This document shows, piece by piece, positions 46,003 through 56,457 of a DNA stretch of 64,000 bases. The stretch comes from Mucilaginibacter sp. (GTDB lineage: Bacteria > Bacteroidota > Bacteroidia > Sphingobacteriales > Sphingobacteriaceae): contig NZ_CBDICW010000001.1 in NCBI RefSeq assembly GCF_965277465.1, positions 451,654 through 515,653 of the forward strand, in the 5' to 3' direction. Below the pieces are notes generated by a model that did no database searches, was not told the origin of the DNA, and saw nothing but the letters and a program-made list of their open reading frames with translations. Positions within the stretch are counted from its first letter, which is position 1; each line of letters starts with the position of its first letter. A program made the translations under genes and the position numbers.

Positions 46003-48558
46003 CTACTGCCCCACCATAAATACCGCGTTACTAAACAGCAGCTTGCCATTTTCCCAAAAGCTACGGAAGATAGGATCATCAACCATGTAAACTACGGTAC
46101 CGCGGCCCATTGATTGTACACCAAGCAGTAAGCCGTCCTTAATTTTATCCTTACTTTTTTGGCCCACAAAGCCGGCTACATAACCATTCCCTTTTATGGT
46201 GCCTACGTTCCAGCCGTCATCGCCTAAAAAGTCGTAAACATCATCGCTTAATTTAATAGAGTAATAATACGGCGGCAGGCCAAAACCTAAGGGGTGGGTA
46301 TTATCTAAATTCAGTTTGTAAATGGCACCGGGTACACTTGAGCGCAGGGCATCGCGGTCGCGGTCGTCATATAATTTTACTGGTTGCGGCTTAGTTTTGG
46401 CATCTGCCTTATCATCCTTTTTATCTTCTTTTCTTTTTATCAGGAAACCCTTTTTATCAACCAATTCTGCAACCGCATTTTGAAGAGCGATCAGCTTACC
46501 GCCATCACGCACCCAGCTCTGTAATTTATCCGACGGAAAATCATCATAATACCCATCCGGAAAAATAACCACATCAAAATCACCAAGCTTTGCCCGGTTC
46601 AGATCCTGGTAACGCACCAGCGATACCGGGTAACCTATCTGCTGCTCAAAAAAGTGCCAGATCTCGCCCATTCCTTCTGATGATACTGCGTCACCGGCAA
46701 CTAATAACACGTGCGGCTGGTGGATATACCTGATCACATCCGACCCAAGATCATACCCTTTATCAACAAAGCCCGACATTAGGGGGGTAAGGTCCTGATT
46801 CAGGGAGGTAGCTATTTGCGCTACCCGCTGATCAAAGTCTGCACGATCATTGCCCGCACGGGTAATAAGCAAGGTGCCTGCTGCAAACTTTTTGCCTGCT
46901 GCATCAAATGGTTTTTCTGAATACCGTACTTTAATGCCCGCCTTTAATAAAGCGGCTAAAAACTTCACATCATTAACCGACTGCCAGGTTGATACATAGG
47001 CGTAAGCATGCGTATTAACCAAAACCTGCTGCTTAGCCGCCAACGCGATGGTTGGCGAAGCAGGTTTAAACGATTCCTTAACGCCGTAAGCTTTTAAGCC
47101 GTAGGCATAAGCCAGCGACCATGCCGTAATATCATAAGTGTTAGAGTCGGTCATAAAGGTTTTGGGCTCTAACAACACATTTAACAATACCGATTTTGGC
47201 TGATAGGCATTTATTACCAGGTCATTTGCCCCGGCAGTAAATTGCTCTGTTTTGCCCGTTATATAATTATAGCCGCTAACAGTAGCATTTAAACCGAAAC
47301 CATATTGAATCCCATTCCTGTCAAGCGTTTTGGTTAGCGCGTTTACCTTATCTATATTATCATTTTTAATAACATAGGTTTTGTATTCGCCGGGCGGATT
47401 GCTGCGGCTGTTGTCATAAAACTTTTTAAACTGCTCCAAAAGCTTTTGTGCGTTGGCCGAAACGGTTTCTAAAGTACTTAAGCTGGTTGAGTGGTGGTGG
47501 GCAATACGGTCTGCTAATTTCAGCGTATCCCCGGTACGGGTTAAAACTGCCAGCCCGGCGCTGATACCTCCCTGCTCATACGTCATCCCGATAGATCCGT
47601 TGTACAACGGATAAGTATCCCCGTATGATGGGTACAGCAAATCAAACTCCTGCTTGGTAAAATACAGCCAGCCATTCTGGTCAAAGTATTTAGCATTGTT
47701 TTTCCCGATGGTGGTCTGGAACTCGCGCTGCCACGGCGTAATCACTTTATGCATCGGCTCTGCAGCCGGGGCAAAATAATAAGGTGCATTGTAGCCCTGT
47801 TCGTGGTAATCTACATGTACCTCAGGCAGCCACTGGCTAAAAAGCGCAAGCCTGGCCTGTGTTTCCTTTTGTGTTTGCCAGGCCCAGTCGCGGTTTAAGT
47901 CAAAGTAATAGTGGTTTACACGGCCACCTGGCCAGGGCTCGGCATGCTCGCGCGATGCAGGGTTTGCATCCGGCGTTGCTCCTTTTACCGAATTATAAAA
48001 ATTCAGGTAGCGCTCGCGGCCGTCGGGATTAAGGCAGGGGTCAATAACCACCACCGTGTTTTTTAAATAAGCAGCAACACGTGTATTTGATGGGTCTACC
48101 AGATCATAAAGCGTAGCCATCGAGGCTTCTGATGATGATGGCTCATTACCATGCACATTATAGCTCAGCCAGCAAATAACCGGCGAGTTGGTTGTACCTG
48201 CCAAAGTGGTAGTTTTAACGGTATTGCCACTGGCTGCGGTAACGGTTTCCAAACCTGCAAGGCGCAGGTTATTTTGGCGGATATCTTCCAGCTTGCCAAT
48301 ATTCTCATCAGATGCAATGAACATAGCCAATAGCGGGCGGCCCTCGTTAGTGCTGCCGTATTGCAGCAGCTTTACATTTTTTGATACCTGGGCTATGTAT
48401 TTAAAGTATTCAACAACTTTATAATGCGGGGTAAACTGATCGCCCAATTTATAACCTAAAAATTTTTCGGGCGATTGGATGGCTTGTGAAAAAACATTAA
48501 AAAAGAAAGCGACAAGGATTGCCGACAGCAATAGTTTTTTTATCATGATACGGAGCAT
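46003..48558 (-). CDS. M14 family zinc carboxypeptidase (large, multi-domain)
   Basis: Signal peptide, the zinc-ligand motif HGNEPSS (HxxE), and NPDGRE. About 500 extra C-terminal residues. Confidence 0.85.
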   Translation of the reverse strand: MLRIMIKKLLLSAILVAFFFNVFSQAIQSPEKFLGYKLGDQFTPHYKVVEYFKYIAQVSKNVKLLQYGSTNEGRPLLAMFIASDENIGKLEDIRQNNLRLAGLETVTAASGNTVKTTTLAGTTNSPVICWLSYNVHGNEPSSSEASMATLYDLVDPSNTRVAAYLKNTVVVIDPCLNPDGRERYLNFYNSVKGATPDANPASREHAEPWPGGRVNHYYFDLNRDWAWQTQKETQARLALFSQWLPEVHVDYHEQGYNAPYYFAPAAEPMHKVITPWQREFQTTIGKNNAKYFDQNGWLYFTKQEFDLLYPSYGDTYPLYNGSIGMTYEQGGISAGLAVLTRTGDTLKLADRIAHHHSTSLSTLETVSANAQKLLEQFKKFYDNSRSNPPGEYKTYVIKNDNIDKVNALTKTLDRNGIQYGFGLNATVSGYNYITGKTEQFTAGANDLVINAYQPKSVLLNVLLEPKTFMTDSNTYDITAWSLAYAYGLKAYGVKESFKPASPTIALAAKQQVLVNTHAYAYVSTWQSVNDVKFLAALLKAGIKVRYSEKPFDAAGKKFAAGTLLITRAGNDRADFDQRVAQIATSLNQDLTPLMSGFVDKGYDLGSDVIRYIHQPHVLLVAGDAVSSEGMGEIWHFFEQQIGYPVSLVRYQDLNRAKLGDFDVVIFPDGYYDDFPSDKLQSWVRDGGKLIALQNAVAELVDKKGFLIKRKEDKKDDKADAKTKPQPVKLYDDRDRDALRSSVPGAIYKLNLDNTHPLGFGLPPYYYSIKLSDDVYDFLGDDGWNVGTIKGNGYVAGFVGQKSKDKIKDGLLLGVQSMGRGTVVYMVDDPIFRSFWENGKLLFSNAVFMVGQ

Positions 48559-48703
48559 ACGTACTGGCTAATTTATAAAAATATTCTCATCTGTTTATAT
48601 TAAGGAAGCCAGGCACATCAAAATGTAATTTACACATCTGGTTTCGCACAAATAAATTTTCCTCACCTTTGCCTATCTTCACCTTGCACACAAAAAAGAA
48701 TAG

Positions 48704-50869
48704 ATGACACCCCTACAGGCACTGCAAAAATATTTCGGATACAGCGAGTTCAGGCACCAGCAGGAAGCCATTATTCAGCGGGTTTTAAATAAAAAAGATG
48801 TACTGGCATTAATGCCAACCGGCGGCGGTAAATCGCTTTGCTATCAGTTGCCCGCGGTTTTATTGGATGGGCTCACCATAGTAATTTCGCCATTAATTGC
48901 CCTGATGAAAGACCAGGTTGATAGCCTGAATGTTAACGGCATACCCGCCGCCTTTTTAAACTCGAGCCAAACACCCGATGAGCAGGTACGCTTAACCGCC
49001 CAGCTTCAAAACAAGCAGATCAAACTGCTATACCTTGCGCCCGAACGCTTGTTTGGTAACGATGGTAAGCTGATCGGCTTTTTAAAATCGCTTACAGTAT
49101 CATTAATAGCTATTGATGAGGCGCACTGTATTTCACATTGGGGGCACGATTTCAGGCCCGAATACCTGATGCTGGCCGGGCTGAAAGATCATTTTCCAAA
49201 CGTGCCCGTAATTGCGCTTACTGCCACTGCCGATAAGCTGACCAAAAAGGATATTGAAGATAAGCTGAACCTTAAAGAAACTGCCGTATTTATATCTTCC
49301 TTTAACCGGGCCAATATTACTTACCGCGTTATCCCTAAAAGGAAAAGCATTAACCAGCTGCTGGCTTTTTTAGATGAGCGTAAGGATGATTCAGGTATTA
49401 TTTATTGCCTTTCGCGTAAGTCGACCGAATCATTGGCTGCAGAGTTGCAGGCCGAAGGTTTTTCGGCCGAAGCCTATCATGCCGGTTTAGATAATGAGCT
49501 TAAGGCCCGGCGGCAGGAAGCTTTTTTAAGGGACGAAGTAAAGATAATGATAGCTACCATTGCCTTTGGGATGGGCATCAATAAATCAAACGTGCGTTAC
49601 GTGGTACATGCCGATATGCCCAAAAACATTGAAGGCTATTACCAGGAAACGGGCCGCGCCGGTCGGGATGGCCTGCCATCTGATGCCATGCTGCTGTATT
49701 CGCCGGGGGATGCCATTAAGCTAAAGCAGTTTGCCATGATTGATGACAATCCCGAGCAAAGCCGTATAATGCTCAACAAACTGGATGACATGGTAAAATA
49801 TTGCCAGCTCCATGCTTGCCGCAGGCAGTTTTTGCTTAAGTATTTTGATGAGGATGCCCCCGGCAACTGTGGCTCCTGCGATTTTTGCTTAACCGAATAT
49901 GAGAAGTTTGATGGTACCCTCATCGCCCAAAAAGCATTATCGGCAGTAACCCGTTTAAAAGAACGTTTCGGCACCACCTACGTGGTGGACCTGCTGCGCG
50001 GCTCAAAAAACGAAAAGATAAGGGCCGAGCACAAAGAACTTAAAACCTATGGCATTGGTGCCGATATTAGTAAGGCCGACTGGATGCGATATATCCGCGA
50101 GTTAACCGCCATGGGTTATTTACAGCTTACTGATGATGCCTACCCGGTTTTAAAACTCACTTACAAAAGCGAAGCCGTTTTAAAAGGGTATGAAAAGGTA
50201 GAACTGATCGCCTCAGAAACCACCGAAGAACAAAAACCAGCCGAGGCCCTACCGTTTGAAACCACTTTGCTTAACGAGTTAAAAGCCATCCGCCGGGATA
50301 TTGCTATGCACGAAAATGTGCCGCCTTATGTGATCCTGTCGGATGCTACTTTGCAGGAGATTGCTACCTACCTGCCCCAAAGCCTCGACGAACTGCGTTT
50401 AATTTCGGGCTTTGGCGATATTAAACTGGCCCGTTATGGCCGTGAGTTTTTGCTACCCGTTAAAAGCTACTGCGACAAAAATGGCCTGTCGTCACAAATA
50501 AAACTAAAATCGGCCAAAAGGGAGCGCAAAACAAAAACAGAAAGAGCGCCTAAAACGGCAAGGGCATCCAATACCTCGCAAGAGAGCTTTACTTTATACC
50601 GGTCGGGCAGAAGCATTAACGAAATTGCCAAGGTGCGCGGGCTCTCTACCTCAACTATCGAAGGACATCTGAGCTCCTATATTTATACCGGCGAGATGAA
50701 TTTAAGTGAGATGGTGGATGAAGAAAAGAAAGGTCCTATCAAAAACGCGATTGAAAGCTATGGCGCCGACAAGTTATCACCCCTAAAAGAAATATTAGGC
50801 GATGCGTATAGCTATGGCGAAATTAAAGCTGTTATAGCATGGATGAAAAAAGAAGGCGTGATTGGATAG
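48704..50869 (+). CDS. recQ: ATP-dependent DNA helicase RecQ
   Basis: Walker A (MPTGGGKSLCYQLP), DEAH box (IDEAHCISHWGHDFRPEY), zinc-binding cysteines (CRRQ...CGSCDFC), an HRDC region and a C-terminal HTH extension. Confidence 0.95.
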   Translation: MTPLQALQKYFGYSEFRHQQEAIIQRVLNKKDVLALMPTGGGKSLCYQLPAVLLDGLTIVISPLIALMKDQVDSLNVNGIPAAFLNSSQTPDEQVRLTAQLQNKQIKLLYLAPERLFGNDGKLIGFLKSLTVSLIAIDEAHCISHWGHDFRPEYLMLAGLKDHFPNVPVIALTATADKLTKKDIEDKLNLKETAVFISSFNRANITYRVIPKRKSINQLLAFLDERKDDSGIIYCLSRKSTESLAAELQAEGFSAEAYHAGLDNELKARRQEAFLRDEVKIMIATIAFGMGINKSNVRYVVHADMPKNIEGYYQETGRAGRDGLPSDAMLLYSPGDAIKLKQFAMIDDNPEQSRIMLNKLDDMVKYCQLHACRRQFLLKYFDEDAPGNCGSCDFCLTEYEKFDGTLIAQKALSAVTRLKERFGTTYVVDLLRGSKNEKIRAEHKELKTYGIGADISKADWMRYIRELTAMGYLQLTDDAYPVLKLTYKSEAVLKGYEKVELIASETTEEQKPAEALPFETTLLNELKAIRRDIAMHENVPPYVILSDATLQEIATYLPQSLDELRLISGFGDIKLARYGREFLLPVKSYCDKNGLSSQIKLKSAKRERKTKTERAPKTARASNTSQESFTLYRSGRSINEIAKVRGLSTSTIEGHLSSYIYTGEMNLSEMVDEEKKGPIKNAIESYGADKLSPLKEILGDAYSYGEIKAVIAWMKKEGVIG

Positions 50870-50879
50870 CGAAAAGAAG

Positions 50880-51737
50880 TTATTCTAATATTTGTATCAA
50901 CTCATTCAGTTCTGCAACCTTCTCTGCCGACCCTAAATGTTCATACGCGCTGATCAGGTTACGGAGCACCCTTTTTATAATATCGGTATTGGAGCAGGGC
51001 TCATAAAACTGCTTATCGTATTTAAGGTTAAGCTGTTTTAAAAACATATCCACATCGCGGCGGCCAAAAATAAAGCCTTTGTTAAAGGCATTGATGTAGA
51101 AAAGGATGCCGCTTTCAAATTCGCTTTGCAGGCTTTCGTCAAGATAGGCCAAAATAAAATGCTGCGGCAGGTTAACCCCATAAACCGGAATATCCAGCTT
51201 TTGCGCAATAATGGAATAAATAATAGCCAGCGAGATCTGATTACCCTTCTTGGTTTCAAGGACCTGGCTCAGGTAACTATTTTGCGGATCGAGGTGATTA
51301 GCGGTATTACCGCTAAAGCCATATATGTTATAAAACACATGGTTTATAAGCTTTACCTGCTCTGCCGGGCTCGATTCGTTCATCATTTGGATCCATATAT
51401 CGCGCTTAATGCCTTCAATCTGGTTAATTACCTTTTGCTCATCAAGGTCAGGATATTGATACCGGTTAATGATAAGGATGCCTTGCAACAGATCAAACGC
51501 GCCGGACTGGTGCCATAGCTGCAGGTCTTTTTTTACAATATCAAACTGGATTTCGTGTACTAAGTTGGCAATGCGCTCCTGTTGTACAGCGTCAAATGCC
51601 TGTTCCCAGGCCTGCTCTAAATATTCAATAGCCTCCGGGCCGTACGACAGTAGTTTTTGATGCACATGTTCAAAGACCTCCCCGTCCGGATCATCCAGTA
51701 AGCGTATCAGCGAATTTACTTCTGTTGGATTTATCAT
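50880..51737 (-). CDS. transglutaminase-like (SirB1/UPF0162-type) family protein
   Basis: 285 aa. The motif KKGNQISLAIIYSIIAQKLDIPVYGVNLPQHFILAY resembles the Transglut_core2/SirB1 family. Confidence 0.6.
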   Translation of the reverse strand: MINPTEVNSLIRLLDDPDGEVFEHVHQKLLSYGPEAIEYLEQAWEQAFDAVQQERIANLVHEIQFDIVKKDLQLWHQSGAFDLLQGILIINRYQYPDLDEQKVINQIEGIKRDIWIQMMNESSPAEQVKLINHVFYNIYGFSGNTANHLDPQNSYLSQVLETKKGNQISLAIIYSIIAQKLDIPVYGVNLPQHFILAYLDESLQSEFESGILFYINAFNKGFIFGRRDVDMFLKQLNLKYDKQFYEPCSNTDIIKRVLRNLISAYEHLGSAEKVAELNELIQILE

Positions 51738-51782
51738 GCTCAGTTTTGCTAAAATACTAAACGTTTGTATATTTTTACAGCC

Positions 51783-52568
51783 ATGTTAAATATACGGTTC
51801 GCCACAGATTACCTGCTCCACCGGCTTAAATCAAAAAACAGGCATGGTGTGCACTCGCCATTTGTTTACCGGCTGGTTGATGAGGTAATTTACGATTTTG
51901 ATGCCAAAAAAGTATACACAGATGTTGAGAATATTCGCGAACAGTTATTTATTGACAATCGGATTATAACCATTACCGATTTAGGTGCTGGGTCGCATGT
52001 GAACAATAACCGCCAAAAGAAGATCAGCGATATTGCAAATAATGCCCTGAAACCCCCTAAACTGGCGCAACTGCTTTATCGCTTAGTGGCCGATTTAAAA
52101 CCGAAAAACATTATTGAATTAGGCACCTGCTTAGGTATCACCACCCTTTACCTGCAAAAAGCTGCTCCTGAGGCTGCCGTTTATACAATGGAAGGCTGCC
52201 CCGAAACTGCCGGGGTTGCTAAAGAAACCTTTAAAAAAGGCAACATAGGCAATATTGAACCCGTAATTGGCAACTTTGACGATACCCTGCCCGGCGTAAT
52301 TAAAAAGTTAGCACAGCTTGATTTTGTTTTTGTTGATGGTAACCATCAAAAGGATGCCACCCTTAATTATTTTGAATGGTGCCTGCCTAAGGTGCATGAA
52401 AACACAATGCTTATTTTTGATGACATTTACTGGAGCACCGGCATGAAAGAGGCATGGGCACAGATAAAAGCTCACCCCCAGGTTACTGTAACTATTGATC
52501 TGTTTTGGATTGGCCTTGTATTTTTTAAACCCGCGCAGGCAAAAGAGGATTTTTTAATAAAGATCTGA
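51783..52568 (+). CDS. class I SAM-dependent O-methyltransferase
   Basis: The SAM-binding motif IIELGTCLGITT and the acidic loop FVFVDGNH are typical of the Methyltransf_24/O-MT family. The start is set at the first ATG; the track start is TTG. Confidence 0.75.
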   Translation: MLNIRFATDYLLHRLKSKNRHGVHSPFVYRLVDEVIYDFDAKKVYTDVENIREQLFIDNRIITITDLGAGSHVNNNRQKKISDIANNALKPPKLAQLLYRLVADLKPKNIIELGTCLGITTLYLQKAAPEAAVYTMEGCPETAGVAKETFKKGNIGNIEPVIGNFDDTLPGVIKKLAQLDFVFVDGNHQKDATLNYFEWCLPKVHENTMLIFDDIYWSTGMKEAWAQIKAHPQVTVTIDLFWIGLVFFKPAQAKEDFLIKI

Positions 52569-52582
52569 CACTTTCTTTTTCA

Positions 52583-53722
52583 CTAAAAAGATTGCCCCAG
52601 GGCTATATAAATGCCGCTTTCGCGTTTTTCGCCGGTTGGTTTTTCGCCAACCCCATAATCAAGGCGAATGGCCAGTCCTTTTTCAACATCAAAAAAGTAA
52701 CGTACACCACCACCATAATTGGGTTTTAATTGCGGCAGGCTAAAAGCGGAGTGGAACACCTCGCCCGTACCAACAAAGCCTGCTAAGCCAAAGCGGTTAT
52801 CAACACGGTAACGCAGTTCGGTTTGCCCGGCAATGTAATTACGATCGCGGTAGCGGCCGCCATAATATCCGCGCATCATTTCGTCGCTTCCCATTTCGGG
52901 CAATAAATAAAATGGCGATCTGCTGCCAGTTAAGCTTTGCTCCTGTATATCAAGCCCTAAAACCAGCTTTTTACTTAATGCGAAAAATTCCGAGTATTCG
53001 ATATTAAAAAATCCACCTACGTAGCCATTATTTATAAATGCGCCGTGCATTAAATTATAATAGGCATTAATAATAACCCCCTTGGTGGTATAGGTGTTAT
53101 TGTTACGGGTATCATAAGTAAAGCTCGGGCCGCCAAAAACAGCAGCACCACCCCGTTTATCTTCAATTGAAGGGTCGGTGTTTAAAATACCGTAGGGATC
53201 CCTGTCGTACTTGTAATAATATTTAAAGGCACCGAGGGTAACGCCGCCGTAAAAGTTTTTGGTTAAAAGCTTTTCTGCCGATATGCTGCTTTTATAGCGC
53301 TTTTCATACACGTAATCTTTATTAGCCAGGCGCGTGTTATTGCCTATACCATAAAAGTTAAACGGAAAATTATAAAAGCTGATATTGCCGGATAAATGGA
53401 GCTTATTTTGGGGTGTCCAGTAGCTGGCGTTAAGGCTAAGCTTGGTTTGTCCCTTTGTGGTAATGGTGGAGTATCCAAAAATGTTTGATACCCTTGTACC
53501 GCGGTCAAGCGTGTCAGAATAAAAGGAAAGCAGCGCAGCACCGCCAAATTCAAGGCCGGTTTCGGGTGCCGAACTTAGGGCCGGTAACAGTACAAAGCTT
53601 GGTTTGCGGTTAGTATCTTTTTTAAAATACATTTGCCGTACAAACTTTGGTAAAAAGCTTAACTGTGCAAAAACACACTGAAAGCCAAGCAGCAGAACAG
53701 ATAAGGTAAAAAGTTTTTTCAT
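52583..53722 (-). CDS. Omp85/BamA-like outer-membrane beta-barrel protein lacking POTRA domains
   Basis: Signal peptide, an alternating aromatic beta-strand pattern, and the C-terminal segment GIYIALGQSF ending in F. Confidence 0.6.
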   Translation of the reverse strand: MKKLFTLSVLLLGFQCVFAQLSFLPKFVRQMYFKKDTNRKPSFVLLPALSSAPETGLEFGGAALLSFYSDTLDRGTRVSNIFGYSTITTKGQTKLSLNASYWTPQNKLHLSGNISFYNFPFNFYGIGNNTRLANKDYVYEKRYKSSISAEKLLTKNFYGGVTLGAFKYYYKYDRDPYGILNTDPSIEDKRGGAAVFGGPSFTYDTRNNNTYTTKGVIINAYYNLMHGAFINNGYVGGFFNIEYSEFFALSKKLVLGLDIQEQSLTGSRSPFYLLPEMGSDEMMRGYYGGRYRDRNYIAGQTELRYRVDNRFGLAGFVGTGEVFHSAFSLPQLKPNYGGGVRYFFDVEKGLAIRLDYGVGEKPTGEKRESGIYIALGQSF

Positions 53723-53829
53723 TGAAAGTAGATGTGGCTAAGGTAAGCCATTTTGGCTATAAATTAAGCCTGTGGTTATTTAAAAAACCTTTACTACACT
53801 ATTAAGGAGCTAAAATTCACTAAAATACC

Positions 53830-53837
53830 TACTTTTG
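53830..53837 (+). promoter_or_regulatory. -7 promoter box TACTTTTG
   Basis: Exact TAnnTTTG match, 22 nt upstream of the ATG at 53860. Confidence 0.5.
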
Positions 53838-53859
53838 CACCAAATTTATTGATCCAAAA

Positions 53860-54840
53860 ATGAGCACTACAAAAGGACCTATAAGCCAGTTTATTGAAAA
53901 AAACTACCTGCACTTTAATGCAGCAGCCTTGGTTGACGCCGCAAAAGGTTATGAAACGCACCTTTTAGAAGGCGGCAAAATGATGGTTACCTTAGCCGGT
54001 GCGATGAGCACGGCCGAACTTGGTATCTCGCTTGCCGAAATGATCCGTCAGGATAAGATTGCCATTATATCATGTACCGGCGCTAACCTGGAAGAAGATA
54101 TTATGAACCTGGTTGCGCACTCTCACTACAAGCGCGTACCTAACTACCGCGACCTTAGTCCGCAGGATGAATGGGACCTGTTAGAGAATCATTACAACCG
54201 CGTTACTGATACCTGTATCCCTGAAGAAGAAGCATTCCGCCGCCTGCAAAAACATATTTACAAAATATGGAAAGATGCCGATACCAACGGCGAGCGCTTT
54301 TTTCCGCATGAGTTTATGTACAAGATATTGTTAAGCGGCGAGCTGGAGCAGTATTATGAAATAGACCCTAAAAACTCATGGATGCTGGCTGCTGCCGAAA
54401 AGAATTTGCCAATTGTAGTACCCGGATGGGAAGACAGCACAATGGGTAACATCTTTGCATCATACGTTATAAAAAACGAAATTAAACCTACCACTGTTAA
54501 AGGCGGTATTGAATATATGGCCTGGCTTGCCGACTGGTATATCAAAAACTCAGCCGGCAAAGGCATTGGCTTTTTCCAGATTGGTGGTGGTATAGCCGGC
54601 GATTTCCCGATTTGTGTAGTACCAATGCTTTACCAGGATATGGAAATGCCTGAGATCCCTTTCTGGAGCTATTTCTGCCAGATCTCTGATTCAACCACCT
54701 CTTATGGTTCATACTCTGGTGCTGTACCGAACGAGAAGATAACCTGGGGTAAGCTGGATATTCACACCCCTAAATTCATTGTTGAGTCTGATGCTACCAT
54801 TGTAGTGCCATTGATCTTTGCTTATATTTTAGGAGAATAA
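53860..54840 (+). CDS. deoxyhypusine synthase family protein (bacterial homolog, function unknown)
   Basis: 326 aa. MVTLAGAMSTAELGISLAEMIRQDKIAIISCTGANLEEDI... and GGGIAGDFP resemble the DS (deoxyhypusine synthase) fold as annotated in Bacteroidota. Confidence 0.75.
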   Translation: MSTTKGPISQFIEKNYLHFNAAALVDAAKGYETHLLEGGKMMVTLAGAMSTAELGISLAEMIRQDKIAIISCTGANLEEDIMNLVAHSHYKRVPNYRDLSPQDEWDLLENHYNRVTDTCIPEEEAFRRLQKHIYKIWKDADTNGERFFPHEFMYKILLSGELEQYYEIDPKNSWMLAAAEKNLPIVVPGWEDSTMGNIFASYVIKNEIKPTTVKGGIEYMAWLADWYIKNSAGKGIGFFQIGGGIAGDFPICVVPMLYQDMEMPEIPFWSYFCQISDSTTSYGSYSGAVPNEKITWGKLDIHTPKFIVESDATIVVPLIFAYILGE

Positions 54841-54860
54841 TTTAAGAAATTCTTACAACT

Positions 54861-54893
54861 AAAAAGGCATCCTGTTCGGGATGCCTTTTTTTT
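54861..54893. terminator. bidirectional rho-independent terminator between the DHS-like gene and psd
   Basis: AAAAA-GGCATCC-TGTTCG-GGATGCC-TTTTTTTT. Confidence 0.8.
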
Positions 54894-54930
54894 ATATCAT
54901 CCGGGGTTCTATAAACGCCGGTAATTTTAT

Positions 54931-55623
54931 TTATGCTTTTTTGATTTTTGCCGGTGCTGCAATGGCAGGCAGTTCGGCCAATACGGTGCGGCCGCCTTTT
55001 ACAACCTGGCCAAGTTCAACCTTAATTTCTGATCCAAGGGGTAAAAAAACATCAACCCTTGAGCCAAACTTTATAAAGCCAAACTGCGCACCCTGCTCAA
55101 CGGTATCACCTTCTTTTACATACCATACAATACGGCGGGCTAAGGCCCCCGCTATCTGGCGGAACAATACAACTACACCCTCTTTATTTTCAATGGCGAT
55201 GGTTGTACGCTCATTTTCGGTTGATGATTTTGGGTGCCATGCCACCAGGTATTTACCCGGGTTATATTTAAAATATTTAACCACACCCGCTATTGGGTTA
55301 CGGTTAATATGCACATTTACAGGCGACATAAAAACCGAAAGCTGGATCCTTTTATCCTTCAAAAATTCAGTTTCAACAATCTCTTCAATTACTACTACCT
55401 TACCATCGGCAGGGCAAAGTACTTGCTTGTCGTCGGTATTTATAGTGATTGAAGGGCTGCGGAAAAACTGTACGATGATTACAAACAGCAGGAACGAAAG
55501 TATGTATATGATCCACTTCACAACATGTGCTTCGGGAAAATAAAACTGTACCACGGCATTTAAAACCATGATGAACAGTATGCAAATGGCAAGTGAGGTG
55601 TATCCTTCTTTATGGAAAGTCAT
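54931..55623 (-). CDS. psd: phosphatidylserine decarboxylase proenzyme
   Basis: 230 aa, short membrane-anchored type. It has the self-cleavage-type motif FGSRVDVFLP and a conserved PVNVH region. Confidence 0.9.
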   Translation of the reverse strand: MTFHKEGYTSLAICILFIMVLNAVVQFYFPEAHVVKWIIYILSFLLFVIIVQFFRSPSITINTDDKQVLCPADGKVVVIEEIVETEFLKDKRIQLSVFMSPVNVHINRNPIAGVVKYFKYNPGKYLVAWHPKSSTENERTTIAIENKEGVVVLFRQIAGALARRIVWYVKEGDTVEQGAQFGFIKFGSRVDVFLPLGSEIKVELGQVVKGGRTVLAELPAIAAPAKIKKA

Positions 55624-55647
55624 TTTTTTATTCTTTTTACAAAGTTA

Positions 55648-56457
55648 TTAATTTGAAATTAAGTACAGATAAGTATATACAATTGGTGCTGCTATAAACA
55701 AACCATCAAAACGATCGAGCAAACCACCGTGGCCGGGCAGTATGCCGCCGGAGTCTTTTACGTTGATGCTGCGCTTAAACATCGATTCAATTAAATCGCC
55801 CAAAGTACCAAAGCAGGAGATGAGTACCGCAACAGATAGCCATTGGGTCCATTGCAGCTCGGGAAAGAAATGACCTATGGCAAATGATGCCGCCCCGGCA
55901 ATTACTACGCCACCGATAAAACCTTCCCATGTTTTTTTAGGCGAATGGCGCTCAAACAGTTTGGTACGGCCAAACTTATAGCCAACCAGGTAAGCGCCTG
56001 TATCATTAGCCCAAAGCAGCAGCATAAATGCCAGCGGGTAATGAAAGTTAAAATCGCCTTTTATATAGGCCATTGCATGGAAAAAGGTAAATGGCACACA
56101 CACAAGCCCTAAACCTAACAGGGTATAAGCTATGTTGGTAAACGGCGCTTCAGATTTTTTGAACAGCTCGTGTATAAAAATACTGCTTACGGTAAGCGTA
56201 AGCAAAAACAGTAGTTTATGCACATCGGGGCTATCCTTATAGGTAATTAAGGCAAATACAATATAAATAAACGCACCGTTTATTAAGCCTGCCTGCGTAT
56301 TGGGTTGCAGGCCGGTTTGTTTAATAAGGCCGTAAAACTCCCGCAAGCATAAAATACTCAGTATTAAAAAAAAGATACCGAATGGATAATGCCCGAAAAA
56401 GAAAGAGCAAAGCATTACAAGTACAAAAAAGAAGCCGGTTATGGCGCGTGTTTTCAT
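55648..56457 (-). CDS. cdsA: phosphatidate cytidylyltransferase
   Basis: Multi-TM protein with the C-terminal CTP-transferase signature SMFKRSINVKDSGGILPGHGGLLDRFD. Confidence 0.9.
   Translation of the reverse strand: MKTRAITGFFFVLVMLCSFFFGHYPFGIFFLILSILCLREFYGLIKQTGLQPNTQAGLINGAFIYIVFALITYKDSPDVHKLLFLLTLTVSSIFIHELFKKSEAPFTNIAYTLLGLGLVCVPFTFFHAMAYIKGDFNFHYPLAFMLLLWANDTGAYLVGYKFGRTKLFERHSPKKTWEGFIGGVVIAGAASFAIGHFFPELQWTQWLSVAVLISCFGTLGDLIESMFKRSINVKDSGGILPGHGGLLDRFDGLFIAAPIVYTYLYLISN

Noticed and set aside
54881-55543. 220-aa + strand ORF
   Set aside because: It lies entirely antisense to psd, which has clear family motifs. Its composition is low-complexity (S/T/P/I-rich) with no motif. It is a shadow ORF.
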